A stretch of 30,990 nucleotides of DNA, taken from positions 1 to 30,990 of the forward strand of contig JADFZP010000002.1 of assembly GCA_015232485.1 (NCBI GenBank), written 5' to 3'. The notes under the pieces are model-generated. The model was not told the DNA's origin. It made no database searches and was given only the letters and a program-made list of their open reading frames with translations. A program made the translations under genes and the position numbers. This DNA is from Alphaproteobacteria bacterium. GTDB taxonomy: Bacteria > Pseudomonadota > Alphaproteobacteria > Rhodospirillales > Magnetospirillaceae. Of this stretch, positions 1 through 8,141 are shown one piece after another (the stretch's first letter is position 1; the number at the start of each line of letters is the position of its first letter).

Positions 1-448
1 GAACGGCCGGGCGCGGCTGGCCGGACGGTTGCGCGCCGGGCAGCTTCAGATGCTGGCCGACCACGATGGTGTATGGCGGCGGCAAGTTGTTGAGCCCGGC
101 CAGGCCATCGACGCTCAGCCCATAGCGGCGCGCCACCGCGTAGAGCGTGTCGCCCGGCAGCACCACATGCGCCGACGCCACCGGCATGATCAGCACCTGC
201 CCGGCCGACAGCGCATAAGGCGCCGCCAAATCGTTGCGATGGATCAAATCGCGGAGCGATACCCTGTATTGCCGCGCCAGCCCATAGACGGTGTCGCCGC
301 GCTTGGCGGTCACCTGGACCGGCACCGCGCCACCGACTCGGGCGCGGTCGAACAGGGCCCCCTGATGGTCGTAGACGGGGGCCGGCGGGCCTTCACGTTG
401 GCAGGCGGCCAGAAGCACGAGCGCGGCGAGGACGAAGCGGCGGGTCAT
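1..448 (-). CDS. LysM-domain lipoprotein, NlpD/M23-like; runs off the left window edge (3' part missing)
   Basis: Absent from the ORF track because it has no stop in the window. Hand translation from ATG 448 gives MTRRFVLAALVLLAAC (lipobox), then two LysM repeats: VTAKRGDTVYGLARQYRVSLRDLIHRNDL...GQVLIMP and HVVLPGDTLYAVARRYGLSVDGLAGLNNL...GQHLKLP. A C-terminal M23 domain is inferred, not seen. Confidence 0.85.
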   Translation of the reverse strand, partial: MTRRFVLAALVLLAACQREGPPAPVYDHQGALFDRARVGGAVPVQVTAKRGDTVYGLARQYRVSLRDLIHRNDLAAPYALSAGQVLIMPVASAHVVLPGDTLYAVARRYGLSVDGLAGLNNLPPPYTIVVGQHLKLPGAQPSGQPRPAV

Positions 449-480
449 GGCCGCACTATACGAAGCATCGAGCCGCGCGC

Positions 481-942
481 CTAGCGCTTCGTCCGCGCCT
501 CGTCGCAGGCGTCTTCAAGCGCCGCCTGATCGGGGTGCGTCAGCGGCTGGCCGTTGTAATAGGCCCTGCCGTCGCGGACCTCGACCAGCCCCATCGAGAC
601 GGCGCCGGAATACGTCCCCGCCGGAACGTCCAGGCGGTCCTCGAGGTCGAGTTCCAATTCGATGATTTGATCCCGTGGCAGCACCAATTGCGCGCCGCCG
701 CCGGCATCGGCGGGGGCCACCGGGCGCCCCTCGGCATCGACACCCGGTCGATAGGCGACGTCGGCGTCGGGGGTGTGGCCGACCAGTTCGCGGCAATCGC
801 CTTCGGTGATCCGTATGCCCGCGCCAAATCCGCCAACGGCGGAGGCGCCATAGCCGCCACGGGCCAACTCGGCGGAGGCCGGCGGCGCCACGGCGGCGGC
901 GAGCAACGCGGCGGCCCCGAGCACGATCCTGGCAACGGTCAT
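481..942 (-). CDS. Secreted hypothetical protein, 153 aa, two Cys
   Basis: ORF 481-945. SD-like GAGGGGGG upstream, signal-peptide-like N-terminus (MTVARIVLGAAALLAAAVAPPASA-E), co-oriented with the LysM gene. Start could be GTG 945 or ATG 942. Confidence 0.7.
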   Translation of the reverse strand: MTVARIVLGAAALLAAAVAPPASAELARGGYGASAVGGFGAGIRITEGDCRELVGHTPDADVAYRPGVDAEGRPVAPADAGGGAQLVLPRDQIIELELDLEDRLDVPAGTYSGAVSMGLVEVRDGRAYYNGQPLTHPDQAALEDACDEARTKR

Positions 943-1002
943 CACATCATCCCCCCTCGGAAACCCCCCGAATCGTGCCGCAAGAACGGGCCGCGATCAA
1001 GC

Positions 1003-1031
1003 ACGACAGAGATGCCGGCGCCCGGCATAAT
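1003..1031 (+). promoter_or_regulatory. Possible sigma70 promoter for the NCS2 permease
   Basis: ACGACA-N17-CATAAT, 28 nt upstream of ATG 1060; the -35 match is only 4/6. Confidence 0.3.
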
Positions 1032-1059
1032 GCGCGAATCGACAAGATGGGGGAACGTC

Positions 1060-2349
1060 ATGTTCGATCGCTGGTTCGCGCTGGCCGACAACGGCACCAC
1101 GGCGCGGCGCGAGATGCTTGCCGGCGCGACCACCTTTCTGACCATGGCCTACATCATTTTCGTCAATCCGGCGATGCTGGCCGAGGCCGGCATGGACCAC
1201 GGCGCGGTGTTCGTCGCCACCTGCCTGGCCGCCGCGATCGGCTCGCTGATCATGGGCCTGTTGGCCAATTACCCGATCGCGCTGGCGCCGGGCATGGGCA
1301 TGAACGCGTTCTTCGCCTACACCGTGGTCATCGGCATGGGCCATTCCTGGCAAGTCGCCCTGGGCTGCGTCTTTTTGTCGGGCGTGCTGTTCGTGGCGCT
1401 GAGCCTGTTCAAGGTTCGGGAATGGGTGATCGACGGCGTGCCGCGTTCGATGCGGATGTCGATCGGAGCCGGCATCGGCCTGCTGCTCGGTTTCATCGCC
1501 TTGACCAACGCCGGCATCGTGGTGGCCCACCCAACCACCTTCCTCACCTTGGGGAAATTGGGCGCGCCGGGCGCCCTGCTGGCCGCGCTGGGCTTTTTGA
1601 CGATCATCGCGCTGGAGGCCCGACGGGTACCCGGCGCGGTGATGATCGGCATCCTGGCGGTCACCTTCCTGGCGATGGCGGCGGGGCTGATCCCGTGGGG
1701 CGGGCTGGCCGCGATACCGCCCAGGATCGCCCCCACCCTGTTCGCCATGGACATCATGGGCGCCTTGCGGCCCGATCTGATCGCGGTGATCTTCGCGATG
1801 CTGTTCATGGACGTGTTCGATACGGCGGGCAGCCTGATCGGCACCGGCCAAGCCGCCGGGCTGCTCGACCGCGACGGCAAGCTGCCGCGAATCGGGCCGG
1901 CGCTGCTGGCCGACAGCGCCGCCACGGTGATCGGCGCGGCGCTGGGCACCTCGAACACCACCAGCTATATCGAAAGCCTGTCGGGCATCCGCGCCGGCGG
2001 CCGCACCGGCCTGACCGCCGTGGCCGCCGCCGGCTGCTTCCTGCTCGCCCTGTTCTTCGCGCCACTGGCCGGCGCCGTGCCGGCCTACGCCACGGCCGCC
2101 GCCCTGTTCTACGTCGCCTGCGTGATGTCGAAGAGTCTGGTCGCGCTGGATTGGGACGATATCACCGAATACGGCCCGGCCATGGTCGCGGCGATTTCAA
2201 TCCCGCTGACCTTCTCGATCGCCACCGGGATCGGGCTGGCCTTCGTCTCCTATGCGGCGGTCAAGCTGGTCGCCGGCCGCGCCGCCCATGTCGGAATCGC
2301 CACTTGGCTGATTGCCGCCGCCTTCGCCCTGAAGTTCGCCTTCATGTAA
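1060..2349 (+). CDS. NCS2/AzgA-family purine (guanine/hypoxanthine/adenine) permease, 429 aa
   Basis: Family motifs AGATTFLTMAYIIFVNP, LAPGMGMNAFF, TSYIESLSGIRAGGRTGLTA and a highly hydrophobic sequence. ATG 1060 follows GGGGGA; the upstream extension of the 604-aa track ORF overlaps an opposite-strand gene. Confidence 0.93.
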   Translation: MFDRWFALADNGTTARREMLAGATTFLTMAYIIFVNPAMLAEAGMDHGAVFVATCLAAAIGSLIMGLLANYPIALAPGMGMNAFFAYTVVIGMGHSWQVALGCVFLSGVLFVALSLFKVREWVIDGVPRSMRMSIGAGIGLLLGFIALTNAGIVVAHPTTFLTLGKLGAPGALLAALGFLTIIALEARRVPGAVMIGILAVTFLAMAAGLIPWGGLAAIPPRIAPTLFAMDIMGALRPDLIAVIFAMLFMDVFDTAGSLIGTGQAAGLLDRDGKLPRIGPALLADSAATVIGAALGTSNTTSYIESLSGIRAGGRTGLTAVAAAGCFLLALFFAPLAGAVPAYATAAALFYVACVMSKSLVALDWDDITEYGPAMVAAISIPLTFSIATGIGLAFVSYAAVKLVAGRAAHVGIATWLIAAAFALKFAFM

Positions 2350-2388
2350 AATTAAGGTTAACCAACGCAACAATTCGCAAAATTTGGA

Positions 2389-2417
2389 TCGACTCCTGGA
2401 ACGAAATTTCGTAATCT
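2389..2417 (+). promoter_or_regulatory. Putative sigma70 promoter for an intergenic transcript
   Basis: TCGACT (2389-2394)-N17-TAATCT (2412-2417), with AT-rich UP-like DNA upstream (2347-2388). Confidence 0.5.
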
Positions 2418-2423
2418 CCAGTT

Positions 2424-2557
2424 AGCCCAGTGATGGGCCTCTAGCTCAAGTTTGGGGAGGTTCCGCCGAACAAGCGCCTTTAGGCTGCGACGGCGGACGG
2501 GAGCGAAGGGCAAGTTGAAATAACGGGGCCGTGGTGACGCGGCCCCGTTATTTTTTT
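2424..2557 (+). ncRNA. Candidate small RNA, about 134 nt (could instead be a 3'UTR of the permease mRNA)
   Basis: Lies between convergent genes, bounded by a promoter-like element and an intrinsic terminator. Hairpins GCCCA-GTGA-TGGGC (2425-2438) and TCCGCCG/CGGCGGA (2462-2468/2491-2497). No credible ORF. The 5' end is estimated. Confidence 0.45.
2518..2557 (+). terminator. Rho-independent terminator
   Basis: AAATAACGGGGCCG-TGGTGACG-CGGCCCCGTTATTT: 14-bp stem ending in a T7 run at 2551-2557. Overlaps the tag stop codon on the other strand and may be partly bidirectional. Confidence 0.85.
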
Positions 2558-3084
2558 GTCCAGGGCGGAGCCAAGGCGGCGATCCGCGCCGCCACCGGGC
2601 AGTCGTCGCGATGGGCGCCGGGCAGATATCCGATGCTGGTCAGGAACTCGCCGACCACCTCGCCGCCCATGAATTTGAAGGTGGCGCGGAACAGCTTGAT
2701 CCAGTCCTCGCGGGGCCGCGGGTGGTGCGCCCCGATCCAGGCGGCGAAGGAGCCGTGGGCTTCGACCAGCGCCAAAAGCCGGCGGGCGTTCTCGATGGTG
2801 GCTTGGATTTTCAGCCGGTTGCGGATGATTCCGGCGTCGTCCATCAGCCGGGCGATTTCGGGCTCGCCCCAGCCGGCCACCACGGCGGGGTCGAAGCCGT
2901 GGAAGGCTTCGACCAGGGCGGGCCGCTTCTTCAGCACGATCAACCAGGACAGCCCGGCCTGGAACACTTCCAGCGTCAGCCGCTCGAACAGCGCCGAGTC
3001 GCCCTCCAGCGGGAAGCCGTATTCGTGGTCGTGATACGGACCGTGGACCGGGTGGCCCACCGCCGCCGCGCAGTAGGAGGTCAC
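2548..3084 (-). CDS. tag: DNA-3-methyladenine glycosylase I (Tag family), 178 aa
   Basis: YHDHEYG, LFERLTLEVFQAGLSWLIVLKKR and GIIRNRLKIQATIENA. Zn-ligand pattern Cys/His at the N-terminus and His/Cys (HRDDC) at the C-terminus. GTG start overlaps the mce stop (GTGA). Confidence 0.92.
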   Translation of the reverse strand: MTSYCAAAVGHPVHGPYHDHEYGFPLEGDSALFERLTLEVFQAGLSWLIVLKKRPALVEAFHGFDPAVVAGWGEPEIARLMDDAGIIRNRLKIQATIENARRLLALVEAHGSFAAWIGAHHPRPREDWIKLFRATFKFMGGEVVGEFLTSIGYLPGAHRDDCPVAARIAALAPPWTKK

Positions 3085-3485
3085 GCCTGCTCCAACTCGA
3101 CCAGGGTGCCCAGGAAGTCCTTGGGGTGCAGGAACAGCACCGGCTTGTCGTGGGCGCCGATCTTGGGCTGGCCGTCGCCCAACACGCGGGCGCCGGTCGC
3201 CTTCATCTGGTCGCGGGCGGCCAGGATGTCTTCGACCTCGAAACAGACGTGATGGACTCCGCCCGCCGGATTCTTGTCGAGAAAGCCGCGAATCGGCGAC
3301 GACTCGCCCAGCGGGTGGAGCAGTTCGATCTTGGTGTTGGGCAGGGTCACGAAGACCACCGTGACGCCGTGCGCCGGCTGCGGCACCGGCGCCGAGACGG
3401 TGCCGCCCAGGGTGTCGCGGTAAAGCCTCGTCGCCGCCTCCAGGTCGGGGACGGCGATGGCGACATGATTGAGTTTGCCGATCAT
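3081..3485 (-). CDS. mce: Methylmalonyl-CoA epimerase, 134 aa
   Basis: VOC-fold motifs KLNHVAIAVPDL, HHVCFEV, GAHDKPVLFLHPKDFLGTLVELEQ; GGAGA SD before ATG 3485. Confidence 0.93.
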   Translation of the reverse strand: MIGKLNHVAIAVPDLEAATRLYRDTLGGTVSAPVPQPAHGVTVVFVTLPNTKIELLHPLGESSPIRGFLDKNPAGGVHHVCFEVEDILAARDQMKATGARVLGDGQPKIGAHDKPVLFLHPKDFLGTLVELEQA

Positions 3486-3507
3486 GCTTTGGGTCTCCAA
3501 GAGTTTG

Positions 3508-5163
3508 TCAAACCCGGATCAGATGGACGTCGGTCACCGGCTTCTTGCCCAGCGTCGCCTTGAGATGGCGGCGCACGGCCAGGCGCGCGGCTTCCCTGAG
3601 CACCGCGTCGTCGCGTCGGGCTTGCAGCGGCATTTCCTCGACCGCGTCGCGCACCGCGTCGACCACCGCCTCGTGCTCGCGCGCCTCGTGCTCGGCGTCG
3701 AGGATGCCCATCGCGGTGACCTGCGGATCGGCGAGCAGCCGGCCCATGCGGTCGATCACCAGGGTGACCACCGCCGAGCCATTGGCGATCATCCGGTGAC
3801 GATCGCGCATGATCTCGGAGTCGAGTCGCACCAAGCGGTTGCCATCCAGCGCCAGGCGGCCGGTGGGAACGTGGTCGATCACCTCGGGCCCGTCATCCGT
3901 CAGAAGCAGCATGGCGCCGTTCTCGATCACCGGGGCGTGCGCCACCTGGCACGACAGAGCCAGACGAGCGTGCTCTTCGAGATGGCGCCGCTCGCCATGC
4001 ACCGGCACCAGGATGCGCGGCCGCACGAGTTGATACATGTGGGCCAACTCGTCGCGCGCCGGATGACCCGAGACGTGGACGAATTCGTCACGCTCGGTCA
4101 CCACCTCGACGCCTAAGCGGGCGAGCATGTTCTGCAACTGGCCGATCGCCTTCTCGTTGCCCGGAATGATCCGCGACGAGAAGATCGTCACGTCGCCGCG
4201 CCCCAGCGTGACGTGCGGATGCTGGTCGGTGGCGATGCGCGACAGCGCGGCGCGCGGCTCGCCCTGGCTGCCGGTGCAGATGTAGAGCACCTTGTCCTCG
4301 GGCAAATACCCGGCGTCGTGCTCGTTGAGGAAGGCCGGCGTGCCCTTCAGATAGCCGTTCTTGCGCGCCGCCGCGTCGATGCGCCACAGCGAACGCCCGA
4401 CCAGCGCCACCTCGCGCCCATTGGCGAAGGCGGCGGCGGCGATGCTTTTCACCCGCGCCACGTTGGTGGCGAAGCAGGTCACCGCGACGCGGCGCTGGAA
4501 GCGGCCGATCAGGGGGATCAGATTGGCGCGGACATCGGCCTCGGAGCCCGACCAGCCCTCGGTGAAGACATTGGTCGAATCGCCCATCACGGCGAGCACG
4601 CCCTCGTCGCCCAGTTCGCGCAGCCGGGCCTCGTCGGCCACCTTGCCGACCTGCGGATCGGGGTCGAGCTTCCAGTCGCCGGTATGGAGAACCAGCCCGG
4701 CCGGCGTGCGAATGGCCAACGCGTTGGGCTCGGGAATCGAATGGGTCAGGGTCACGAACTCGACGTCGAACGGGCCGACCGTGAAGCGCCCGCCCAGCGG
4801 CACCACGGTGACCGGCACTTGGCCCGCGATGCCCGCCTCCTGCAACTTGCCGTGCAGCAGGTCGGCCGCGAACGGGCTGGCATAGACGGGGCAGCGCAGC
4901 CGCTTCCACAGATGGCCGATGGCGCCGAGATGGTCCTCGTGCCCATGGGTCACCACGATGCCGACCAGATCCTGGCGGCGGTCGGCGATGAAGGCGGGAT
5001 CGGCCATGAAGACGTCGATGCTGGGCATCGTGTCGTCTCCGAACGACACGCCCAGATCGACGATCAGCCATTTGCCGCCGTAGCCGTACAAATTGAGGTT
5101 CATGCCGATCTCGCCCGCCCCTCCCAGGGGCAGGAAGATCAGCCCGTCTTTATCCTGGGTCAT
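3508..5163 (-). CDS. rnj: Ribonuclease J, 551 aa
   Basis: [10 protein letters not shown], metallo-beta-lactamase [29 protein letters not shown]. Confidence 0.95.
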   Translation of the reverse strand: MTQDKDGLIFLPLGGAGEIGMNLNLYGYGGKWLIVDLGVSFGDDTMPSIDVFMADPAFIADRRQDLVGIVVTHGHEDHLGAIGHLWKRLRCPVYASPFAADLLHGKLQEAGIAGQVPVTVVPLGGRFTVGPFDVEFVTLTHSIPEPNALAIRTPAGLVLHTGDWKLDPDPQVGKVADEARLRELGDEGVLAVMGDSTNVFTEGWSGSEADVRANLIPLIGRFQRRVAVTCFATNVARVKSIAAAAFANGREVALVGRSLWRIDAAARKNGYLKGTPAFLNEHDAGYLPEDKVLYICTGSQGEPRAALSRIATDQHPHVTLGRGDVTIFSSRIIPGNEKAIGQLQNMLARLGVEVVTERDEFVHVSGHPARDELAHMYQLVRPRILVPVHGERRHLEEHARLALSCQVAHAPVIENGAMLLLTDDGPEVIDHVPTGRLALDGNRLVRLDSEIMRDRHRMIANGSAVVTLVIDRMGRLLADPQVTAMGILDAEHEAREHEAVVDAVRDAVEEMPLQARRDDAVLREAARLAVRRHLKATLGKKPVTDVHLIRV

Positions 5164-5936
5164 CTGGCCTTCGCGTTTCGGCGGTGAATTTCGAGCAGCC
5201 CTCTCAGGGTGAGGTCGGGATGCAGATGTTGTATGGCGTCGGTGGCATCAAGGAACAAGGGCGCCAGCCCGCCGGTGGCGACCACCGTCATCGGCGCGCC
5301 GAACTCGGCCTGGATGCGGTGGACCAGCCCCTCGATCAGCCCGACATAGCCCCAGAACACGCCCGACTGCATGGCCGGCACGGTGGCCTTGCCGATCACT
5401 TGGCGCGGCCGGCCGACCGCGACGCGCGGCAGCTTGGCGGCCGCCATGTGCAGCGCCTCGAGCGACAGGTTGATGCCGGGCGCGATGGCGCCGCCGCAAT
5501 AATTGCCCACCTCGTCGACCACGTCGAAGGTGGTCGCGGTGCCGAAATCGATGACGATCAGCGGTCCCTTGAAGAAGCGGTGCGCGGCGATCGCGTTGAC
5601 CAACCGGTCGGCGCCCACTTCCTCGGGCCGGTCGAGCAGCACCTCGATGCCCAGATCGACCCCGTCATCGCCGACCACCAGCGGCTCGCAGCGGAAATAC
5701 TTGCGGCACAGGGTTTTCAGCGAGAACACCATGGCCGGCACCACCGAGGCGACGATGGCCGCGTCGATCGATTCGCGGGCCAGCCCCTCGATCGCCATCA
5801 ACTGGGTCAGCCAGACGCCGAACTCGTCGGCCGTGCGGTTGGTGTCGGACGACGCGCGCCATTCGCCGCGCACCTCGTCGCCGTCGAACACCGCGAAAAC
5901 CACGTTGGTGTTGCCCGAATCGATCGCCAGCAGCAT
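5160..5936 (-). CDS. coaX: Type III pantothenate kinase, 258 aa
   Basis: [32 protein letters not shown]; stop overlaps the rnj start (ATGA). Confidence 0.95.
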   Translation of the reverse strand: MLLAIDSGNTNVVFAVFDGDEVRGEWRASSDTNRTADEFGVWLTQLMAIEGLARESIDAAIVASVVPAMVFSLKTLCRKYFRCEPLVVGDDGVDLGIEVLLDRPEEVGADRLVNAIAAHRFFKGPLIVIDFGTATTFDVVDEVGNYCGGAIAPGINLSLEALHMAAAKLPRVAVGRPRQVIGKATVPAMQSGVFWGYVGLIEGLVHRIQAEFGAPMTVVATGGLAPLFLDATDAIQHLHPDLTLRGLLEIHRRNAKAR

Positions 5937-5940
5937 CGAA

Positions 5941-6681
5941 TCACCTTGTCCCGAAAAAGACGTCGCCGGCCAGCACGCGCCGTCGCTCGCCGTTTGGCGG
6001 ATCGAGCAGCAACGCCCCCTGCCCGTCAAGCCCGGCGAACAGGCCGGACAAGGTTTCTCCGGGAAGACGGATCTCGGCGGTGGCGCCCAGCCCGGCGGCG
6101 CGCTCAAGCCAAGCCTCGCGAACCGGCGCGAAACCCTCGGCGGCCCAGCGGGCGAACCAGATGGCGAAGCGGTCGCAGAACGCGGAAAGTACCTCGAAGG
6201 CGTCGCCCCGGAAGCCGAACTCGGCCAAGCTGGCGGCCGGGTGCAGGGCTTGCTCGGGCGCCTCGCGCACGTCGACGCCGACGCCCAGCACCAGAAGATC
6301 GTCCCGCTCGACGGTCTCCAGCAACATGCCGGCCACCTTGCGTCCGTCCACCAGCACGTCGTTGGGCCATTTGCAGGCCACCTTGGCGTCGATCAGCCCG
6401 GCCAACGCCTCGGCCAGCGACAGGCCGGCCGCGAAGGAAAGCTGCGCCGCCTCGGCCAGCGGCCGTCCGGGCGCCACGATCAGCGAGCAGTGGAGATTGC
6501 CGCGCGGACTGACCCAGGGCCGCCCGCGCCGGCCGCGACCGGCCGTCTGCAGGGCGGCGGTGACCACCGTGAAATGGCCGGACCCGCCGAGCGCCAGACG
6601 CCGCGCCTCGTCATTGGTGCTGCCGACGCTGTCCAGGGCAACCAGCGTGAAGCCCGCCGGCAGGGCGGGCCCCCCGCTCAT
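5941..6681 (-). CDS. birA: Biotin-[acetyl-CoA-carboxylase] ligase, no N-terminal HTH, 246 aa
   Basis: C-terminal half of track ORF 5941-7449: [35 protein letters not shown] 6681 overlaps the nuoN stop. Confidence 0.93.
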   Translation of the reverse strand: MSGGPALPAGFTLVALDSVGSTNDEARRLALGGSGHFTVVTAALQTAGRGRRGRPWVSPRGNLHCSLIVAPGRPLAEAAQLSFAAGLSLAEALAGLIDAKVACKWPNDVLVDGRKVAGMLLETVERDDLLVLGVGVDVREAPEQALHPAASLAEFGFRGDAFEVLSAFCDRFAIWFARWAAEGFAPVREAWLERAAGLGATAEIRLPGETLSGLFAGLDGQGALLLDPPNGERRRVLAGDVFFGTR

Positions 6682-8126
6682 CCGGTCGGGAACAGCGACT
6701 TGGCCGCCTCCTGCGCGCCGGCCACCAGGGGCGCCGGCACGATGGTCAACAGCACCACCACCGCCGCCGAGCCGGCCATGATCAGGCCCAGAGCGCGGCT
6801 GACCGGGCGGTCGAACGATTCGACCGGATCGTCGAAATACATCACCTTGACGATGCGCAGGTAGTAATAGGCCGACACCACGCTGGTCAGCACGCCAAGC
6901 ACCGCCAGCGTGAACAGCCCGCCATTTACCGCCGCGAGGAAGATGTAGAACTTGCCGAAGAAGCCGGCCAGCGGCGGAATGCCGGCCAGCGAGAACATGA
7001 AGATCGCTAGCGCCAGCGCCATCATCGGCTGCGAACGCGACAGGCCGGCAAGGTCGTCGATGCCTTCCAGCAGGCGACCCTTCTGGCGCATCGACAGGAT
7101 CACCGCGAAGGTGCCGACCGTCATGAACAGATAGATGGCGAGATAGATCAGCAGGCCGCGCACGCCCTCCTCGGACCCCGCCGCCACGCCGATCAGGGCG
7201 TATCCGACATTGCCGATCGAGCTGTAGGCCATCAGGCGCTTGATGTTGGTCTGGTTGATCGCAGCGAAGGCGCCGAGGACCATCGAGGCGATCGAGATCA
7301 GGATCACGATCTGCTGCCACTGCGCGAACAACTCGCCGAACGGCCCCAGCATCACGCGGGTCAACAGGGCCAGCGCGGCGATCTTGGGGGCCGCGCTGAA
7401 AAACGCGGTGACCGGGGTTGGCGAGCCCTCGTAGACGTCGGGCGTCCACATGTGGAAGGGCACCGCGCCGACCTTGAAGGCCAAACCGGCCAAAACGAAC
7501 ACCACGCCGATGATCACGCCGGCATGCGGTTGGCCATGCGCGGCATGGAAGACTTGGCTAAGCTGGGTGAAGCCCGTGGTGCCGGCGAAGCCGTAGATCA
7601 GCGAGGCGCCGTAAAGCAGCATGCCCGAGGCCAGCGCGCCGAGGACGAAGTATTTGAGGCCCGCCTCGGTCGCCTTGACGCTGTCGCGCTGATAGGCGGC
7701 CAGCACGTAGAGCGACAGGCTTTGCAGCTCGAGGCCGACATAAAGGGCGATGAAGTCGTTGGCCGACACCATCATCATCATGCCCAGCGTCGCGAACAGC
7801 ATGAGCAGCGGATATTCGAAGCGGGACAGCTTCTCGCGCTCGAGCCAGCCCACCGACATGGTGATGGCCAAGGCCGAGGCCGCCAGGATCAGCACCTTGG
7901 CGAAGCGGGCGAAACCGTCGATCACGAACATGCCGCCGAAGGTGGTGGCGCGCTCGCCGCCCAGCCCCCACACCATCAGCGCGACGAAGCCGAGCAGCGC
8001 CACCGACAGCAGGCTGACCGTGCGGGTCGCGTCGTCCTTGCGGAAGGCGCCCAGCATCAGAAGGGCCATGGCGCCGAGAACCAGGAGCAGCTCGGGCAGG
8101 GCCAGGGAAAGGTTCGGCATTTCCAT
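6678..8126 (-). CDS. nuoN: NADH-quinone oxidoreductase subunit N
   Basis: [39 protein letters not shown]; last gene of the nuo cluster. Confidence 0.96.
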   Translation of the reverse strand: MEMPNLSLALPELLLVLGAMALLMLGAFRKDDATRTVSLLSVALLGFVALMVWGLGGERATTFGGMFVIDGFARFAKVLILAASALAITMSVGWLEREKLSRFEYPLLMLFATLGMMMMVSANDFIALYVGLELQSLSLYVLAAYQRDSVKATEAGLKYFVLGALASGMLLYGASLIYGFAGTTGFTQLSQVFHAAHGQPHAGVIIGVVFVLAGLAFKVGAVPFHMWTPDVYEGSPTPVTAFFSAAPKIAALALLTRVMLGPFGELFAQWQQIVILISIASMVLGAFAAINQTNIKRLMAYSSIGNVGYALIGVAAGSEEGVRGLLIYLAIYLFMTVGTFAVILSMRQKGRLLEGIDDLAGLSRSQPMMALALAIFMFSLAGIPPLAGFFGKFYIFLAAVNGGLFTLAVLGVLTSVVSAYYYLRIVKVMYFDDPVESFDRPVSRALGLIMAGSAAVVVLLTIVPAPLVAGAQEAAKSLFPTG

Positions 8127-8141
8127 CTCTTTCTTCTCTCC

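Noticed and set aside
946-1059. Purine riboswitch upstream of the NCS2 permease
   Set aside because: No purine-aptamer core seen, and the candidate promoter leaves only about 20 nt of leader.
535-1059. 175-aa N-terminal extension of the permease in the ORF track
   Set aside because: Overlaps the opposite-strand secreted protein; the family-typical N-terminus and SD are at 1060.
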